A stretch of 64,000 bases of DNA, from NCBI GenBank assembly GCA_963731735.1, contig CAVSWO010000002.1, positions 564,257 to 628,256 of the forward strand, in the 5' to 3' direction. Positions 1 through 9,126 of this stretch are shown here, one piece after another; the stretch's first letter is position 1; each line of letters starts with the position of its first letter. Origin of the DNA: Candidatus Kerfeldbacteria bacterium. GTDB lineage: Bacteria; Patescibacteriota; Patescibacteriia; SBBC01; CAIJZX01. The notes beneath the pieces were generated by a model. That model saw nothing but the letters and a program-made list of their open reading frames with translations, did no database searches and was not told where the DNA came from. Position numbers and translations under genes: made by a program.

Positions 1-317
1 ACCAGACCCTGACCGCCGGTTCCAGTACGATTGCCGACGCCGCGGGCGGCACGATTGGGAACGGTGATGACGAGTATGGCGCTTCGACTGATAGCGGCGG
101 AACGGTGGATCTTGCCTCAACCAGTAACTCGTGTGCCACTGGAACTGGCCCAATGAATGCGACCGGACTTTCGACCACCTTTCAGTCGTTCGCTGCCTCA
201 ACTACCACGGCTTCGGCTGAAGCCACCAAGCTCTGTCTGGTTGCCTCGGCGCCTGGATCAAAAGATGCCGGCCAGTACCAGAGCACACTGACGGTCGTAA
301 CCACTGGAAAATTTTAA
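1..317 (+). CDS. 3' end of a secreted pilin-like surface protein (paralog 1; gene begins before the window)
   Basis: Frame open from position 3 (QTLTAGSSTIADAAGGTIGNGDDEYGASTDSGGTVDL...GQYQSTLTVVTTGKF); aligns with the C-termini of 384..1442 and 1455..2510. Confidence 0.85.
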   Translation, partial: QTLTAGSSTIADAAGGTIGNGDDEYGASTDSGGTVDLASTSNSCATGTGPMNATGLSTTFQSFAASTTTASAEATKLCLVASAPGSKDAGQYQSTLTVVTTGKF

Positions 318-325
318 CCTCCGGT

Positions 326-354
326 TTGCCCCGGATGCGAAATTATGCTATACT
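326..354 (+). promoter_or_regulatory. sigma70-like promoter of the surface-protein operon
   Basis: TTGCCC-17 nt-TATACT with extended TG. Confidence 0.55.
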
Positions 355-383
355 GTGGATAGAAATAAATAATCAATATTGTT

Positions 384-1442
384 TTGAAACATATATTTAG
401 CGGGTCCCAACGTTTTCGACCAGCAAAACACGCCATCCCGGCCTTGACCGTGGTTGGGCTTTTAGCGCTAATCTTAGCGCCATTGACCACCATCGCGGCC
501 ACCTTAACAACCCCCCGCGACTATCTCAATCGGCAGAAAGCATCACTAACTTCAGGGGTGCAGCACGAGATTTTCTTTACTCCAGCCACCAATGTGTCCG
601 GTGGTGCGGGAACGAACGTCGTTACCCTGACCTTCCCGGACGGTGATAATTGGTGCGCGACTGCGGGGTCGGATCTGACCGTAACCGGCATTACCGATCC
701 AACCGGCGCGAGCGAATCAGCCACATCCTTACCCGGCACTCTTTCGGGCGCCTGCGCTCAAGCTGCCCAAGATACGCTAACCATTACGGGAGTCGACGAC
801 CTGACGGCCGCGACGAAGTATGGAGTGCAGGTGGCTGACGGCTCAACGGCTAAACTCGGTACCCCGGCGGCTGGAAATGACCTTAAAGTCACCATCACGA
901 CCAACAACGGTTCGAGTGACGTTGATTCGGGGACCTACGCCGTTTCGATTATTTCGGATGATCAAGTTGTTGTCAGTGCGGTGGTAGACGTTACGCTAAG
1001 CGTTTCACTTAACACCAACAGCATCAACCTGGGAACCCTGTCGACGTCGAATGTCAATCAGGGAGGTGTTACCAGTACTGTTTCAACCAGCGCGGCGGGC
1101 GGATATATCTCGCTAGCAAAATATGGCGCGACCCTGACTTCCGGTTCGGATACGATTCCGGATACGACCGGCGGCACCATTGTGGCCGGGACTTCTGAAT
1201 TTGGCGCCTCAAGCTCGGATTCCGGAAATACGATTGGTGTTTGGTCGCCAGCGGCCTGTAGTACGACCGCGACCACCTCGAACGCGACCGCACTCTCGAC
1301 TACCTTTAAGGCCTTTGCCTCAAATACCGTAGCGGTGACGAATGAAGCCACTACGCTTTGCTTCCTAGCCTCTACCAGTGCCACGCAAGCTCCGGGAACC
1401 TATACCAGCACGTCGACCCTCGTGACGACGGCTCGATTTTAA
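384..1442 (+). CDS. Secreted two-domain Thr/Ser-rich surface protein, putative fibre subunit (paralog 2)
   Basis: Signal peptide; N-domain with a Cys pair; DDQVVVSAVV strand; beta-rich C-domain ending PGTYTSTSTLVTTARF; no C-terminal TM. Confidence 0.85.
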   Translation: MKHIFSGSQRFRPAKHAIPALTVVGLLALILAPLTTIAATLTTPRDYLNRQKASLTSGVQHEIFFTPATNVSGGAGTNVVTLTFPDGDNWCATAGSDLTVTGITDPTGASESATSLPGTLSGACAQAAQDTLTITGVDDLTAATKYGVQVADGSTAKLGTPAAGNDLKVTITTNNGSSDVDSGTYAVSIISDDQVVVSAVVDVTLSVSLNTNSINLGTLSTSNVNQGGVTSTVSTSAAGGYISLAKYGATLTSGSDTIPDTTGGTIVAGTSEFGASSSDSGNTIGVWSPAACSTTATTSNATALSTTFKAFASNTVAVTNEATTLCFLASTSATQAPGTYTSTSTLVTTARF

Positions 1443-1454
1443 TTTTTGCAATTT

Positions 1455-2510
1455 ATGAATCATCAAATAACGCCAAACGCCATGCGAAAGTTCGCCCCAC
1501 GTATCATCAGCGTCTTGGCCGTGCTCGGCATGCTCGCGGTCAACGCGCAAATTGCTTCTGCCGGAACGCTAACCACGCCTCGTGATTATTTGAATCGTCA
1601 AAAGGCTTCGCAGACAAGCGGCGTTCAGCACCAAGTTTTCTTTACGACTGCCAATGCGGTGAGCGGTGGAGCGGGGAATAACGTCGTTACGCTAACCTTT
1701 CCTGATGGCGATAACTGGTGTGCGACAGCCGGAACGGATTTAGCGACTTCTGGTATCACCGATCCAACCGGTGGGAGTGAATCGGCTACCTCGCTGCCTG
1801 GCACGCTTTCGGGCGAATGCACCCAGGGTGCCAATGATGCAATTATCATTACCGGGGTGGACGATTTGTCAGCGGCGACCGAATATGGTGTCCAGATTGG
1901 CGATGGGACAACCGGGAAACTCGGTACCTCAGCAGCCGCGAATGACATTAAGGTCACGATTACGACTAATGACGGTTCGAGTGACGTAGATTCCGCTACG
2001 TACGCACTCTCAATTATTTCCGATGACCAGGTGGTTGTCAGTGCGACCATTGATCCCACTCTGACGGTAGTTTTGAGCGCCAACACCGCCAACCTCGGCA
2101 CCCTCTCAACCAGCCAGGTCAACCAAGCCAGCATCACCAGCACCGTTGATACCAACGCGTCTGGCGGATATGTGTCGCTGGTAAAATATGATGCGACGCT
2201 GACCTCCGGATCGAATACTATTCCGGACGAATCCGGCGGCGGGACGATTGTGGCCGGAACCAGCGAGTACGGAGCTTCGACCGATAGCGGAGGAACCGTT
2301 GATTTAACCAGCACCTCGAACTCTTGCGCGACAGGTGCCGGACCGATGAACGCCGACCCGCTTTCAACCACCTTTCAGGTATTTGGCGAAGGGACAGCTG
2401 CGGTTTCAAGCGACGTTACAACGCTCTGTTTCGTCGCGACTACCAGTGCCACCCAAGCTCCGGGCACCTATACCAGTACGTCGACCCTGGTGACCACGGC
2501 TCGATTCTAA
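1455..2510 (+). CDS. Secreted two-domain surface protein, putative fibre subunit (paralog 3)
   Basis: Co-linear with 384..1442, same C-terminus SATQAPGTYTSTSTLVTTARF; start could also be ATG 1482. Confidence 0.85.
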   Translation: MNHQITPNAMRKFAPRIISVLAVLGMLAVNAQIASAGTLTTPRDYLNRQKASQTSGVQHQVFFTTANAVSGGAGNNVVTLTFPDGDNWCATAGTDLATSGITDPTGGSESATSLPGTLSGECTQGANDAIIITGVDDLSAATEYGVQIGDGTTGKLGTSAAANDIKVTITTNDGSSDVDSATYALSIISDDQVVVSATIDPTLTVVLSANTANLGTLSTSQVNQASITSTVDTNASGGYVSLVKYDATLTSGSNTIPDESGGGTIVAGTSEYGASTDSGGTVDLTSTSNSCATGAGPMNADPLSTTFQVFGEGTAAVSSDVTTLCFVATTSATQAPGTYTSTSTLVTTARF

Positions 2511-2544
2511 AACGCCGCTCCATCGAGCGCTTATTCTACAGCCC

Positions 2545-3552
2545 ATGAACCGCCGACTCGTTTCCATCCTAGGACTTCCAGTCTTGCTGGCGGTCGGATT
2601 CTTGTGGCACTCCCATTCCGCGTCCGCCCTAACGCTCGTTCCGCCCAGTCTCGAGTTTTCAGCCCAGCCGGGTGAGACGATTGATACAAAAATTAAGCTA
2701 TTCAACGAGGAATCAGATGCGATTTCGGTGTTTAGTTCAACCTCGAATTTTACCGCCAAAGATGAATCTGGTGATCCGAACTTTGATTTTGCGGACACGC
2801 CGACGGACTTAGCCAGCTGGATCGACGTGGGGGTCGGTCCGTTTACGCTCCAGCCGGGCGATCGTCTGGAAATCCCATTTAGCATCAAAGTTCCGGCTGA
2901 TGCCGAACCGGGCGGTCACTACGCCAGCGTTTTCTTCGGCACTGATCCGTCAATCAAGCCGGAGGGTGGCGGCCAAGTCAATATCCGGTCGCTGATCGGC
3001 ACCTTGGTGATTCTCCGTGTAGCCGGCGATGTACGGGAGCAAGCCGCGGTAGCTTCATTTGGCCCAGCCACAAAAACCCTCAATCGCTTACCGAGCACAC
3101 TGGAACTGCGGATTCAAAATACGGGAAACGTCCATGTTCGACCGCAAGGCACGGTAGTCATCAAGAATTTGTTCGGCGGCGAGTCTGCTCGTATCCCCAT
3201 CAACGAAGTCAACGGGGCGGTTTTGCCGGCCAGCATTCGCAAGTTTGATATACAATGGGCTAAACATGATACCACCGGAACACGGGGTAATTTCTTCCAG
3301 GAGCTCGGTTCCGAATGGAGTAACTTTGCCCTCGGACCCTATACAGCTACTGCCAGTATCACCTACGGTCAATCGAATTTGACGTTAAGCTCGAGCACCA
3401 AGTTCACGGTTATTCCATGGCGGTTGCTCACGGTCATCGTGGTGGTCCTCGGGTTGCTGCTTTGGCTGCTGATCTTCGGTATTCGACGTTATAATTCGGC
3501 CATTATTCACCGCGCGCAAAGTCATTTACCCCCGCCGGGAACCGGCAAGTAG
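2545..3552 (+). CDS. DUF916/WxL-interacting-like (chaperone-like Ig sandwich) membrane-anchored protein
   Basis: Signal peptide; LASWI, PFSIKVPADAEPGGHYASVFF and IQNTGNVHVRPQG motifs; C-terminal TM (IPWRLL...) with basic tail. Confidence 0.75.
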   Translation: MNRRLVSILGLPVLLAVGFLWHSHSASALTLVPPSLEFSAQPGETIDTKIKLFNEESDAISVFSSTSNFTAKDESGDPNFDFADTPTDLASWIDVGVGPFTLQPGDRLEIPFSIKVPADAEPGGHYASVFFGTDPSIKPEGGGQVNIRSLIGTLVILRVAGDVREQAAVASFGPATKTLNRLPSTLELRIQNTGNVHVRPQGTVVIKNLFGGESARIPINEVNGAVLPASIRKFDIQWAKHDTTGTRGNFFQELGSEWSNFALGPYTATASITYGQSNLTLSSSTKFTVIPWRLLTVIVVVLGLLLWLLIFGIRRYNSAIIHRAQSHLPPPGTGK

Positions 3553-3555
3553 AAT

Positions 3556-4890
3556 ATGCGCCGGGTGGTGGGGTGGCGCGAGTATGTCCTGGTTACTCTG
3601 ATCGGGCTGTTTGTCTTGTTCAGCGGTTCGCGGTCGGTCCAGGCCGGCGCCTTGACGGGGATGCGAGATTATTTACTGCGTCAACAAGCCAGCTTAACCA
3701 GCGGACAAACCCACCAAGTATTTTTTATCCCGGCTACTTCATTGCCTGGCAGCGGCAACACGCTGGAGCTGGCATTCCCGATCGGGCAAAGTAGTCGCTG
3801 GTGCCGAACGGCTGGATCAGATGCAACCGTTACCGGGATCACGGACCCAATCGGTGCGACCGAGGGCGCCACGGCGTTACCCGGAACGCTAACGGCCAGC
3901 TGTTCACAGGGGGACAACAGCACGACCGGTGATCAACTTGTGGTCAGCGGCGTGGGCCCACTAGTCAGCGGCACGCGGTACGGAGTTTCAATCGCTGACG
4001 GTTCGACCACGAAACTTGGCACGCCACCGGCAGCCAATAATATTCTTGTGAATGTCAAAACCACCAATGGTATCTCTGATGTCGATGCCGGTATTTTTTG
4101 GTTGGCTACAGTCAGCAATGACCATGTCGTTATTTCTGCCACGGTCTCATCAGCACCCGAACCAACCACCAACCCGGTCGTCCAGTTTATCGGACGGGCA
4201 TCGCCGGGAACCGATGTACATATTCATCGCGACACAATTACGGATCCTCCGCTCCAATCTGTTCCGACCGACCCGGCTGCCAAATTCAATGTTACGTTAA
4301 CCGATCAGCCGACCGGTCAGCATACGTATACGATCGAAGCCAATGATACTGATGGGCGGCCGCACACCGCTTTGGTCTTCGCCCTGAATCTTTCGGCTGG
4401 TTCGACGACAGTCATTAGCGGCGTCTTCTTGGGTCCGACGATTGCGGTTGATAAAACGACCGCCACGCTTGGCGAGAATGTAACGGTCTTCGGGAAGACC
4501 GCACCGAGCAGCACCGTGACGGTGACTGTCAGTTCGGATCCGGTTTCCTACAATCTGACGGCGGACGCCAACGGCGATTGGTCAAAAAGCGTGAAAACCA
4601 CCGATATCGGCACCGGTTCCCACGAAGCGGTGGCGAGGGCGGTATCGACGGATAATTCCGTCTCGGAGAACAGTCCAACCGCCACCTTCGCGGTCAATCC
4701 GCTGGATCAATGTGACGGAAAGCAGACGGCAGACATTAACTGCGATGGGGACGTCAATTTAACTGATTTCAGTATTATGCTGTATTTCTGGAAAACCGAT
4801 AATCCGGCCAACGCTCGGGCCGATATCAATGGCGACGGCACCGTCTCGATCGTGGACTTTAGTATCATGCTCTACCAATGGACCGGATAA
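3556..4890 (+). CDS. Secreted hybrid protein: subunit-like N-domain + Ig-like repeats + C-terminal dockerin
   Basis: N-domain homologous to paralogs 2/3 (RDYLLRQQASLTSGQTHQVFF, GITDP, LPGTL); duplicated Ca-binding loops DINCDGDVNLTDFSIML and DINGDGTVSIVDFSIML. Confidence 0.85.
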   Translation: MRRVVGWREYVLVTLIGLFVLFSGSRSVQAGALTGMRDYLLRQQASLTSGQTHQVFFIPATSLPGSGNTLELAFPIGQSSRWCRTAGSDATVTGITDPIGATEGATALPGTLTASCSQGDNSTTGDQLVVSGVGPLVSGTRYGVSIADGSTTKLGTPPAANNILVNVKTTNGISDVDAGIFWLATVSNDHVVISATVSSAPEPTTNPVVQFIGRASPGTDVHIHRDTITDPPLQSVPTDPAAKFNVTLTDQPTGQHTYTIEANDTDGRPHTALVFALNLSAGSTTVISGVFLGPTIAVDKTTATLGENVTVFGKTAPSSTVTVTVSSDPVSYNLTADANGDWSKSVKTTDIGTGSHEAVARAVSTDNSVSENSPTATFAVNPLDQCDGKQTADINCDGDVNLTDFSIMLYFWKTDNPANARADINGDGTVSIVDFSIMLYQWTG

Positions 4891-6017
4891 AATATTTTCT
4901 GATTCTCGGATTAACCGGCTTGGGACTGTTTGGACCAAGCAGCGCGGCGGCCCAAACACCGCAGCCATCGATTCATTTAGTGACCTCCCAGGGCTTGGTG
5001 CAAACCGGTGATATCCTGACCGCCGAGATCCAACTCAATAGCGGTGGCCAGAACGTCAACGCGGTTGAAGTGGTGCTGCAATATGCGCCGCAACAACTGC
5101 AAGTGGTATCGGTTACGCGTCAGCAATCGGTCCTCACGCTATGGCCGGAAGTGCCGCGGTGGGATGCGCAACTCGGCGAGGTGCATATGACCGGTGGCCG
5201 CCCGGGCGGATTCTATGCCGTCAACGCTAGCCTGGCGACCGTTTACTTCCGGGCACTTACAAGCGGGCCCGTTCAGCTGGGATTTGATCTTGACCAGACG
5301 GCGGCCTACTTGCATGATGGAAAAGGCACCCGCCTGCCGCTCGAGTCGAGCGAGACAGAAATTCAGGTTGGCAGCAACCTCCAACCACGTCTCGAGTTAA
5401 TCTCGACGACGCATCCAACGCCGGAATATTGGTCGCATGGAACCAGCGTGCACGTCGGCTGGGTCGTTGAACCGGACACGGAATATTCATACGAGTTTTC
5501 AACCGATCCATCGGTACTGCCGGATGCAACGCCAGAAAAAAAAGTTGGTTCAGTTGAATATACCGGGCTGACTGATGGCGTCTACTTTTTTACTATCAAG
5601 CAGCGGGCAATAGGACAACCCTGGTCGGCCCTGATCCAGCGACGCTTTTTGATTGATGGGACGCCGCCAGCATCCTTCACGATTCAACGCGTCTCATCCG
5701 GCTTGGCTAACCGAGCCACTTGGCTGATTTGGAACACCACGGATCAAACCTCGGGATTGGTTGGATATCGCCTGGCGGTCGATGGCCGGGATGTTGGGGC
5801 GGTCTCCAGTCCGTTGAATTTTGACGATGCCTGGCGCGGTCACCGATTGACCATTACCGCCACCGACGCGGCCGGGAATATCCGCACGGCGACCTGGCAA
5901 AAATCCGAAGCTGGCGGGTATCATCCGCTCGTACAATGGTGGATTATTCTGATCTTGGGTGTCGGGGCGCTGGTCGTGGCTGTTTGGGTAACGCGACGAT
6001 TGATTGCATCGCGATGA
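4878..6017 (+). CDS. Cohesin-domain membrane-anchored protein 1
   Basis: Signal peptide; GGQNVNAVEVVLQY...W...GG.PGG cohesin-like pattern; STTHP and IDGTPP Ig modules; C-terminal TM. Confidence 0.75.
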   Translation: MDRIKYFLILGLTGLGLFGPSSAAAQTPQPSIHLVTSQGLVQTGDILTAEIQLNSGGQNVNAVEVVLQYAPQQLQVVSVTRQQSVLTLWPEVPRWDAQLGEVHMTGGRPGGFYAVNASLATVYFRALTSGPVQLGFDLDQTAAYLHDGKGTRLPLESSETEIQVGSNLQPRLELISTTHPTPEYWSHGTSVHVGWVVEPDTEYSYEFSTDPSVLPDATPEKKVGSVEYTGLTDGVYFFTIKQRAIGQPWSALIQRRFLIDGTPPASFTIQRVSSGLANRATWLIWNTTDQTSGLVGYRLAVDGRDVGAVSSPLNFDDAWRGHRLTITATDAAGNIRTATWQKSEAGGYHPLVQWWIILILGVGALVVAVWVTRRLIASR

Positions 6018-6043
6018 GCAATAATTCCTGATATACTCACCAT

Positions 6044-7477
6044 ATGCTGAATCGGATGATACATAAGCGTCGAGTACTGACAGGGTTGACGAACGTCCTG
6101 GCTGGTGCCGGATTGTTTTTGATACTCGTGCCTGGTGCAACTGCCCAAGCGACAGGTGCCAGCCTCAGCGTTTCGCCCAACTCCGGTGTCTTTGAAGTCG
6201 GCAGTTTAGTCGACGTTTCGTTCTTAGTTGATACCGGTGGCCAAGCGGTGAATGCCGTCAACGCTGAAGTTCAGTTCCCGGCCGACAAACTCCAAGTCGT
6301 AAACCCGGCCGCCAGCACCTCGTTCATCACGATTTGGGTCACCGCGCCGACCTATTCGAACAGCGACGGGACGATGCAATTTCAAGGTGGGTTACCGAAT
6401 CCGGGAATTAAGACGAGCGCGGGCGTAATCAGCACCGTCACTTTCCGCGTCACCGCGGCCGGCAAAGCCGTGATTAAATTTGCTCCCTCTTCCCAAGTGC
6501 TACGCAATGATGGTGAAGGAACGAATATATTGTCGGCCACTGGCAGCGCCGAACTCAGTCTCAAAATTCCCCCGCCGGCCGGACCAATTGTCACCAGCAC
6601 GTCGCATCCCGACAGTAATCAATGGTCGAACAATCCGAATGTGCAGCTGACCTGGGAAGCGCCCGAGGATGCGGTCGGGTATAGCTATAGTTTCGACCAA
6701 AATCCAAAATCCGTTCCCGATGAAACCATTGAGACCACCAAAACGAACGCGGACGTAAAAGCCGCAACGGATGGCGTCTGGTACTTTCATTTACGCGCCA
6801 AGAATGAAAGTTGGGGTGGCACAACGACCTATGCCGTTCGAATTGATACCACGCCGCCGGCCGCATTCACTCCTACCCTCGATCCGAATTTGATTACGGT
6901 CGAGCAAACCGCATTGCTGCGATTTCTGACCACTGACGCAGCCTCCGGCATCGATCACTATGAAGTCAAACAAATCGATGTTTCGGGCACCGGCCAGGGA
7001 GATACCTTGTTTATTGAATCGATCAGTCCGTATACGATTCAACGCCTGTCCGACGGGAGTTACCAATTTGTGGTTCGGGCATTTGATCGGGCTGGGAACG
7101 TGACCGAAGGGACAACCACCCTGACCGTGGTGGCGGCCGGACTACCCTTTTTTGCTCGAGTTCCGTTTCTAAGAAATCCGGCGGTCGCGAATATCGCGTT
7201 AGTAGTGCTGGCCAGTTTAGTACTCCTTTTTATTGGCTGGCTGATCATTCGTCGGGCCCGGCTGCGGAGTACATTCCGGCACGACTTGTCCAAGCTCGAG
7301 CATGATGCGCAAAAGAAAGCTGCCGATCTGCAGCAGGAGATGCAAGAAATCCAAGAAGCGGAAAACATGTTCCATCAGCAAGTCCCGCCCCTAGCCCCGC
7401 CACCGCCGCCTAGCGTGCCTCCGCCACCGCCCCAGCCGCCACCAGCCACCCCGCCCAATCAGCCATCCCGCCAATGA
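6044..7477 (+). CDS. Cohesin-domain membrane-anchored protein 2 with cytoplasmic coiled coil and Pro-rich tail
   Basis: DTGGQAVNAV...QGGLPNPG...NDGEGTNIL; STSHP and IDTTPP modules; TM; helical charged tail then poly-Pro. Confidence 0.8.
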   Translation: MLNRMIHKRRVLTGLTNVLAGAGLFLILVPGATAQATGASLSVSPNSGVFEVGSLVDVSFLVDTGGQAVNAVNAEVQFPADKLQVVNPAASTSFITIWVTAPTYSNSDGTMQFQGGLPNPGIKTSAGVISTVTFRVTAAGKAVIKFAPSSQVLRNDGEGTNILSATGSAELSLKIPPPAGPIVTSTSHPDSNQWSNNPNVQLTWEAPEDAVGYSYSFDQNPKSVPDETIETTKTNADVKAATDGVWYFHLRAKNESWGGTTTYAVRIDTTPPAAFTPTLDPNLITVEQTALLRFLTTDAASGIDHYEVKQIDVSGTGQGDTLFIESISPYTIQRLSDGSYQFVVRAFDRAGNVTEGTTTLTVVAAGLPFFARVPFLRNPAVANIALVVLASLVLLFIGWLIIRRARLRSTFRHDLSKLEHDAQKKAADLQQEMQEIQEAENMFHQQVPPLAPPPPPSVPPPPPQPPPATPPNQPSRQ

Positions 7478-9126
7478 TCCGCCGCCTGGTTACCATCATC
7501 GGAGTCGGTTTCTTGGCTTGGGCCGTGCCGACGGTATCGCGGGCCGCGACCCTGTACTTATCACCTTCGTCGGGTACCTACTCGACTGGGCAAACGTTTT
7601 CAGCCAGTGTGCGCGTCAATACCGGCGGTCAGGCCATCAATGCGGCGGAAGGCACCCTGGCTTTTCCAACCGACTTGTTGGAAGTTACGAGCCTGAGCAA
7701 GAGCGGATCGGTCTTTTCCCTGTGGCCGAGCGACCCCAGTGCTTCAAACAGCACGGGGAAGATTAGTTATTCCGGCGGGGTGCCCAGTCCTGGATATACT
7801 GGCAGCAGCGGGAAAATATTTACCATTACTTTCAAGGTGAAAAGCACCGGTACGGCGGCGATTGCCGCTAGCAGCGGAAAAATATTGGCCAATGACGGCC
7901 AGGGCACAAATATTTTGACCGGCCAATCAGGCGGCACCTTTACCCTCAGCCAAACCGCCGCTCCCGCTCCGGCCGCGCCAGCCGAACCAGCAAAAACGAC
8001 CCCGACGTTGAGTTCCAGCACGCATCCAAATCAGGATGCCTGGTATCGTGATCTGCAAGCTAGCCTAACCTTTAGTCAGCCGACGGGCTTACTGGGCGTG
8101 AGCTTTGGACTGACCGATCAGCCGGATTCAGTCCCGGATGAAGTACCTGATCCGACGGACGGAACAATTCAAACCACCATACCGAATGAAGGCGTCTGGT
8201 ATTTTCATATTCGTGGCTGGTATAGCAATGGTTGGAGTTCAACCGCGCACTATCGATTCCAGATAGACCGGAGTGCGCCAGATCCATTTTCGATAACCTT
8301 GGATCGGGATCGTGACGTCAAAGACGCGACGCCCACCCTCAAGTTTATGGCCACGGATGCATTGAGTGGGATTGATCATTATACCTTGCGTTTGAATGGC
8401 GACGACCCTGAGCAAGTCGAAAGCCCGGTCACTTTAGCCCTAACCAACGGCGGTCCTCAGACGGTGGTCATCACAGCCTACGATCGGGCCGGTAACACAA
8501 AAACCAGTCAGCTAGATTTTGATTTTGACGGGTACCCGCCGCCGATCATTACCGGCATCAGTCAAAAGCTTATTCTGCTGCAACCCATTACGGTCGACGG
8601 AACAGCCGCCAGCGGTGATACGGTTACCATTTATCTGGATGGGGAGGTCCTCGGCACCGTCCAAGCCGGTCGGCTGACCGATCAGGGGGCAGTTGTGGTT
8701 CGGGTGCCGTGGCATTTTCAAAGCCAACGCTTGCTGGTGCCAGGCAAATACAGTTTGACGGCTACCGCCACCAGCGCCGACGGGATGGTCAGCGTCCCAA
8801 CCGATCCGAAAATTGTTCACGTGTCCGGCACCAGCCTGATTTTTAACGGCTATACCCTGGCCACCATCGCGATCGCTCCCGCCCTGGCCGGGCTGCTGAT
8901 TGTTCTGTTGGTAGCCAATAGCTTGGTCTACGTGCAACTGTTTCGGGCGGTTAAGCAAATGCACAGCCGAGAGTTACAAGCCGACCGAGATGTTCGTGCC
9001 TTAGCCCAACGGTTGGAGTCTCAACGGTTATCTCCCAGCGCCATCAAGAAAAGCCTCCAAGACATTGAACGCGACCTTGAGGAGCCGGCCAAGCCGGTCA
9101 AGAAACCTCGTCGCCGTAAATCATAA
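7474..9126 (+). CDS. Cohesin-domain membrane-anchored protein 3
   Basis: NTGGQAINAAEG...GGVPSPG...NDGQGTNIL; SSTHP module, extra Ig domains, TM, charged tail; ATGA overlap with previous gene. Confidence 0.8.
   Translation: MIRRLVTIIGVGFLAWAVPTVSRAATLYLSPSSGTYSTGQTFSASVRVNTGGQAINAAEGTLAFPTDLLEVTSLSKSGSVFSLWPSDPSASNSTGKISYSGGVPSPGYTGSSGKIFTITFKVKSTGTAAIAASSGKILANDGQGTNILTGQSGGTFTLSQTAAPAPAAPAEPAKTTPTLSSSTHPNQDAWYRDLQASLTFSQPTGLLGVSFGLTDQPDSVPDEVPDPTDGTIQTTIPNEGVWYFHIRGWYSNGWSSTAHYRFQIDRSAPDPFSITLDRDRDVKDATPTLKFMATDALSGIDHYTLRLNGDDPEQVESPVTLALTNGGPQTVVITAYDRAGNTKTSQLDFDFDGYPPPIITGISQKLILLQPITVDGTAASGDTVTIYLDGEVLGTVQAGRLTDQGAVVVRVPWHFQSQRLLVPGKYSLTATATSADGMVSVPTDPKIVHVSGTSLIFNGYTLATIAIAPALAGLLIVLLVANSLVYVQLFRAVKQMHSRELQADRDVRALAQRLESQRLSPSAIKKSLQDIERDLEEPAKPVKKPRRRKS

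Noticed and set aside
1625-2371. Long antisense ORFs here and at 13364..14029, 45603..46427 and 59346..60062
   Set aside because: Shadows of strongly coding plus-strand genes with no recognisable motifs
384-2510. Diversity-generating retroelement template/variable repeat pair among paralog 3' ends
   Set aside because: Differences are mostly synonymous and not adenine-specific; no reverse transcriptase in the window
3556-9126. Cellulosome interpretation of the cohesin/dockerin genes
   Set aside because: No glycoside hydrolase or CBM catalytic partner visible; single cohesins only; the dockerin is on a structural subunit homolog
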